A stretch of 64,000 bases of DNA from Planctomycetales bacterium. GTDB taxonomy: Bacteria; 4484-113. Positions 60,532 to 64,000 of the stretch are shown here, one piece after another. Both the position numbers and the translations under genes were made by a program. The notes under the pieces are model-generated. The model saw nothing but the letters and a program-made list of their open reading frames with translations. It was not told where the DNA came from and ran no database searches. The stretch spans positions 288,001-352,000 of the forward strand of contig JBBIRS010000001.1 in NCBI GenBank assembly GCA_037441675.1, written 5' to 3'. Position 1 is the first letter of the stretch; every line of letters starts with the position of its first letter.

Positions 60532-60845
60532 TGTCTTTTTACAGATTAACACGTGGCGGATTGGAATTGACGATAAAAGTTAGGCCTGCTTCAAATCGCC
60601 AGGGCATCGAAATCTCTGCAGAGAGGATGATTGTCTCTGTTAAAAGTCAGGCGGAAAAAGGTAAGGCTAACGAAGAGCTTATCAAACTCCTTTCGAATAA
60701 GTTACATATCCCAAGAGATAGAGTGAGAATACTTTCAGGACATTTTTCAAGAGTGAAGAAGCTCCTTATTATTGGCGCAGAGGATAAAATGGTGGAAGAA
60801 TTGCTATCCCATTCCCCTTTTTCCCAAAACCGCAAAACCAAGTAA
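60531..60845 (+). CDS. DUF167 / YggU-family protein
   Basis: IKVRPAS, GKANEELIKLLS, ILSGHFSRVK. Confidence 0.88.
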   Translation: MSFYRLTRGGLELTIKVRPASNRQGIEISAERMIVSVKSQAEKGKANEELIKLLSNKLHIPRDRVRILSGHFSRVKKLLIIGAEDKMVEELLSHSPFSQNRKTK

Positions 60846-60908
60846 ATAGTTTAATAGACAAATCCTAACTAAACGAGAGAAATAGCTTCAGCAGAGCTTC
60901 CAAACTTC

Positions 60909-61121
60909 TTAATTCTTCACGCTGATTTTAAGCTTCGGTGTTCTGCTGAGAGTTTTGAGAGCTTTAGCTGTAAGCTTAACCTTTCTCCGAACTCCGTTTT
61001 CGTCAATAATTACCGCTGTGCGTAGATTAGGATACCACTTGCGCTTAGTGTGCCTTTGGGAGTGGGAAACATTATGCCCGCTAATTGGCTTCTTGCCGGT
61101 TATTTCACACTTCTTCGCCAT
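60909..61121 (-). CDS. rpmB: 50S ribosomal protein L28
   Basis: [10 protein letters not shown]...[19 protein letters not shown]. Confidence 0.96.
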   Translation of the reverse strand: MAKKCEITGKKPISGHNVSHSQRHTKRKWYPNLRTAVIIDENGVRRKVKLTAKALKTLSRTPKLKISVKN

Positions 61122-61383
61122 TTCAATTTATATGCTCAATATTTGTTAAAGCTTATTATACCTTAGAATCTTGAGGGCTATTTTTTAGCACAGCTACTTT
61201 CATTAGTCAAATGTTAGATTTGTAAAATCATATCAAAGGGTTGTGTGACCATTATTGTAAAATGTTTCTTAACTATATTTATAGTTTTTTTTGATCTTTA
61301 GTTTCAGAATTGCTCTAGCTACCTCGTATATAGTATAATATTTTTTGCTAAATTGCCATGAAGAAACATTTCGGAGGAAGAAT

Positions 61384-62496
61384 ATGGTAAGAATTTTGTC
61401 TTCAAAAATACTTATGTTCAAATTGGTAGCGTTTGTTAGCATTCTGCTTTTTCTCGTTTTGCCCTCTTGCGGTGGCAAGGTTCAACAGCCGCTATTGGTG
61501 CCAAAGGCTGAAAGCGTCTCCACAGCTCAAGACAGTTTAGCCTTACAAATTCCCCTTGATGATACCGCTTCCTGGCACAGCCTGATTGGAAACACAAAAG
61601 AGCTGGATGAGAAGGTTAGATATCTTAGCTTATATCTGGAAGCTCTCCTTGAGGATGCTTCAAAGAGAACGAGCCTTCCCCCAACAACTGCTTCCGGTTA
61701 TGTGTCGGATTTGACTTATCTAGTGAATCTCTCCGGCGATTTTACATTTACTTGGAGCTACATCAACCTAGGGGATTACAATCAAGATGGAGTTGTAAGC
61801 ATCGGAGACGTTCTTCCACTTGCCAGGCATTTCTTTCATACCTCAGAAGCCCGCGGTGGTACTCCCACCGATGCGGAGGACATTGTAATTGATGGAAACC
61901 TGGATGGTGTTATCAACATTGCAGATGTGAAACCTCTCGCGGATAATTTCTTCAGAACCGTTCATGGTTACGTGCTAGAGCAAAGCGTTGATGATAAGAA
62001 CTCATGGACAGAGCTAGGTCGATTTACCAAAGCGGAGCTTTCTCAAGCTGGAACCGGCAGGATTACGATGGCACTTGTGTATGACACGCCCATAGATAAC
62101 TCCTGGTATCGCGTCCGCCCATATCAGGACGGAAATGATACGCTTGGTATTCCTAGCAACGAAGTCCAGTACATCAGAGGAGCGAACGGAATAATACTAA
62201 GGCTTATTACTCCTGCGGAGAGTGGCAATGGGACTGAGGAGAGCCCATATGTCATCAACGTTTCCAGTCCATATGAGTTACGAGTGGAAACGATTCAGGG
62301 TAGCGATGTGAGCGCGTTAGCGGAGATCTCCGCAACGCCTCCTTTCCTAAAGACCATAGCCGAGGAAGTTCCAAGAACCTTGACGGTGGATGATCCTTTT
62401 GCTGGTGAATTTTATATCCAAGCAACCCTATCTGGCGAAACGAATTTTGAAAGCAACGTTCTCTGGTTTACGGTTCAGGGTGGCTTGCCATCCTAG
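61384..62496 (+). CDS. lipoprotein with paired dockerin/EF-hand-like Ca-binding loops
   Basis: GGAGG SD; lipobox VLPSC; GDYNQDGVVSIGDVLPLA and DGNLDGVINIADVKPLA. Confidence 0.75.
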   Translation: MVRILSSKILMFKLVAFVSILLFLVLPSCGGKVQQPLLVPKAESVSTAQDSLALQIPLDDTASWHSLIGNTKELDEKVRYLSLYLEALLEDASKRTSLPPTTASGYVSDLTYLVNLSGDFTFTWSYINLGDYNQDGVVSIGDVLPLARHFFHTSEARGGTPTDAEDIVIDGNLDGVINIADVKPLADNFFRTVHGYVLEQSVDDKNSWTELGRFTKAELSQAGTGRITMALVYDTPIDNSWYRVRPYQDGNDTLGIPSNEVQYIRGANGIILRLITPAESGNGTEESPYVINVSSPYELRVETIQGSDVSALAEISATPPFLKTIAEEVPRTLTVDDPFAGEFYIQATLSGETNFESNVLWFTVQGGLPS

Positions 62497-62562
62497 TCTC
62501 ATTGCTTAGAAACAAACATATCTTAAGCTAATCACGCAGAAAAAAGTATAGGTTGCTTCGCC

Positions 62563-63216
62563 TCAAGAAGCGCAAGCTATCCTTTCAATATAACCGCACC
62601 AGCTATCCATCCCCTGACCCGTTTTAGCTGACAGGAAAAAGACAGAAGCTCTCGGATTAATGGCGCTTAGATCAGCCTTTACTTTTTCCAAACTGAAATC
62701 GCAGTGTTCAAGCAGATCAATTTTGCTTATGACAACAGCGCCTGCCCCATAGAAGGCGGTTTTATACTTCTCAACCTTATCGCTTCCCTCGGTGACGGAA
62801 AGAATTACTACCCTATAGTTCTCGCCTATGTCCCAAACGCTCGGGCAAACCAGGTTTCCAACGTTTTCAATAAATAAAAGGTTTATACCGCTAAGTTGAA
62901 TCTCATTGAGTGCGCTTTTAACCATCGGCGCGGTAAGATGACAACTTCCCTCCGTGTTGAGTTGAAATGCGATGGCTCCCGCTTTCTCCACGCGCTCAGC
63001 GTCCAACGGTGTGAATAAATCACCCGTGATTACCCCAAAGTTTATCTTGCCCTTCATCAGGCTAATCGTTCTCTCAATTAGTGTGGTTTTTCCACTGCCG
63101 GGTGAACTTATTAAGTTTATTGAAGTAATCTTTAAGTTCTTGAGGTTTTCGCGGATTTCTCTTGCCACTTCGTCGTTTCTTTCAGATATTGCCTTCATTA
63201 TCTTTACTTTGACCAT
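62563..63216 (-). CDS. hypB: hydrogenase nickel incorporation GTPase HypB
   Basis: SSPGSGKTT, GSCHL, IENVGNLVCP, SVTEGSDK, SKIDL, SAKTG. Confidence 0.94.
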   Translation of the reverse strand: MVKVKIMKAISERNDEVAREIRENLKNLKITSINLISSPGSGKTTLIERTISLMKGKINFGVITGDLFTPLDAERVEKAGAIAFQLNTEGSCHLTAPMVKSALNEIQLSGINLLFIENVGNLVCPSVWDIGENYRVVILSVTEGSDKVEKYKTAFYGAGAVVISKIDLLEHCDFSLEKVKADLSAINPRASVFFLSAKTGQGMDSWCGYIERIACAS

Positions 63217-63289
63217 TTACGAATCTCCATTCACGTATTAAGCAAAAATAGCTTGGTATTTCGGCGATACACTTACCAAAAATCTCAAA

Positions 63290-64000
63290 TCAAGTTATAT
63301 CTTCTATTATTTCTCCCGTTGATACACTAACCAAAGCAAGATGTCTTTGGCCCGACTCTCCCATTGAAACAATCAATAAATCCTCGCCCGGATTTGGCGA
63401 AAAGGCAAAACTGTGGATATCCGTGGAGAAGTTAGTCACCTGTCGATAGATTGTGCCTGATAGATCAAATAGCCAGATGTTTTTCCTTCCGCCAAAATCG
63501 CTAAGGACCGCAACGGATTCGCCATCAGCAGACCAAACCGCAAAAGTCTCATTACTTGAGAGAGCGCTCGTGAGATTAAAGTTAACCGCCCTACTTTCGC
63601 CGAGAAATCCGCTCTTTATAAACACGTCCGCATCTCCACCGTCATCTGTGATGAATAGAAGTTGATTGTCCTGTAATGGATGAAAATTGGGCTCAGATTC
63701 GCTTCTAAAAAACGAAATATCCGCTTCTCTTTGGAAACTTCCGTCTCGGTTCATGGTGAAAATCTTAGCTGGCAGATTGAATCCCTGTCTCTTTGTATAG
63801 GCGATTGTTTGCGAAAATGTGCTTGAAAAGTCGGGTTGAATCTCGTCATTTAACGACGTCGTGAGCTGGATTACCTCCCTCGTCGCAAGCCTCATTGAGT
63901 ATATATCCCAATTTCCATTCTCATCGCTCTGATAGCTCACATATACGCCATCCGAGGATAAACGTGGGTGCCTTTCATTAAAGTCAGTCTCGGTTAAGCG
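63290..64000 (-). CDS. partial TolB-like (PD40 repeat) beta-propeller protein
   Basis: Frame open to window end (RLTETDFNERHPRLSSDG...); repeats QPDFS, EPNFHP, AVWSADG, FAFSP. Confidence 0.85.
   Translation of the reverse strand, partial: RLTETDFNERHPRLSSDGVYVSYQSDENGNWDIYSMRLATREVIQLTTSLNDEIQPDFSSTFSQTIAYTKRQGFNLPAKIFTMNRDGSFQREADISFFRSESEPNFHPLQDNQLLFITDDGGDADVFIKSGFLGESRAVNFNLTSALSSNETFAVWSADGESVAVLSDFGGRKNIWLFDLSGTIYRQVTNFSTDIHSFAFSPNPGEDLLIVSMGESGQRHLALVSVSTGEIIEDIT

Noticed and set aside
61220..61272. Repeated TTGTAAAAT and a weak Rex-like site upstream of the dockerin-like lipoprotein
   Set aside because: Very AT-rich region, so chance matches are expected, and there is no redox-gene context

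Overview
A gene-dense 64 kb bacterial chromosomal segment from a diderm, LPS-producing organism (waaA, kdsD, TolC/RND system); the lineage cannot be assigned from sequence alone. Housekeeping content: a complete complex I operon (nuoA, B, fused CD, E-N), an F1Fo ATP synthase operon followed by murA, waaA/GT2/kdsD, addB-addA, leuS, comEA, DUF167, rpmB, hypB, a WecA/TagO-type GT4 and a stand-alone methylmalonyl-CoA mutase large subunit. The most interesting part is an accessory block at about 21-35.8 kb. A BlaI/CopY-family repressor, a sensor-less BlaR1-like M56 protease with a C-terminal CxxxC, and a DEDDh exonuclease-WYL fusion sit divergently from a CusC-like/NosL/NosL/CusB/CusA copper-silver efflux operon. 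A palindromic operator lies inside that operon's promoter. I infer a proteolysis-based transmembrane Cu(I) sensor replacing CusRS, with NosL-like chaperones replacing CusF. Other oddities: an Sm/LSm-like orphan gene between atpA and atpG, a WecA gene with no ATG/GTG/TTG start for its conserved N-terminus, several apparently leaderless genes, an unannotated small membrane ORF, a Rex-like box before nuo, and a DUF255/YyaL gene broken by two in-frame stops. No rRNA, tRNA, CRISPR array, transposase or integrase was recognised. All family assignments come from motif recognition by eye, not database searches.
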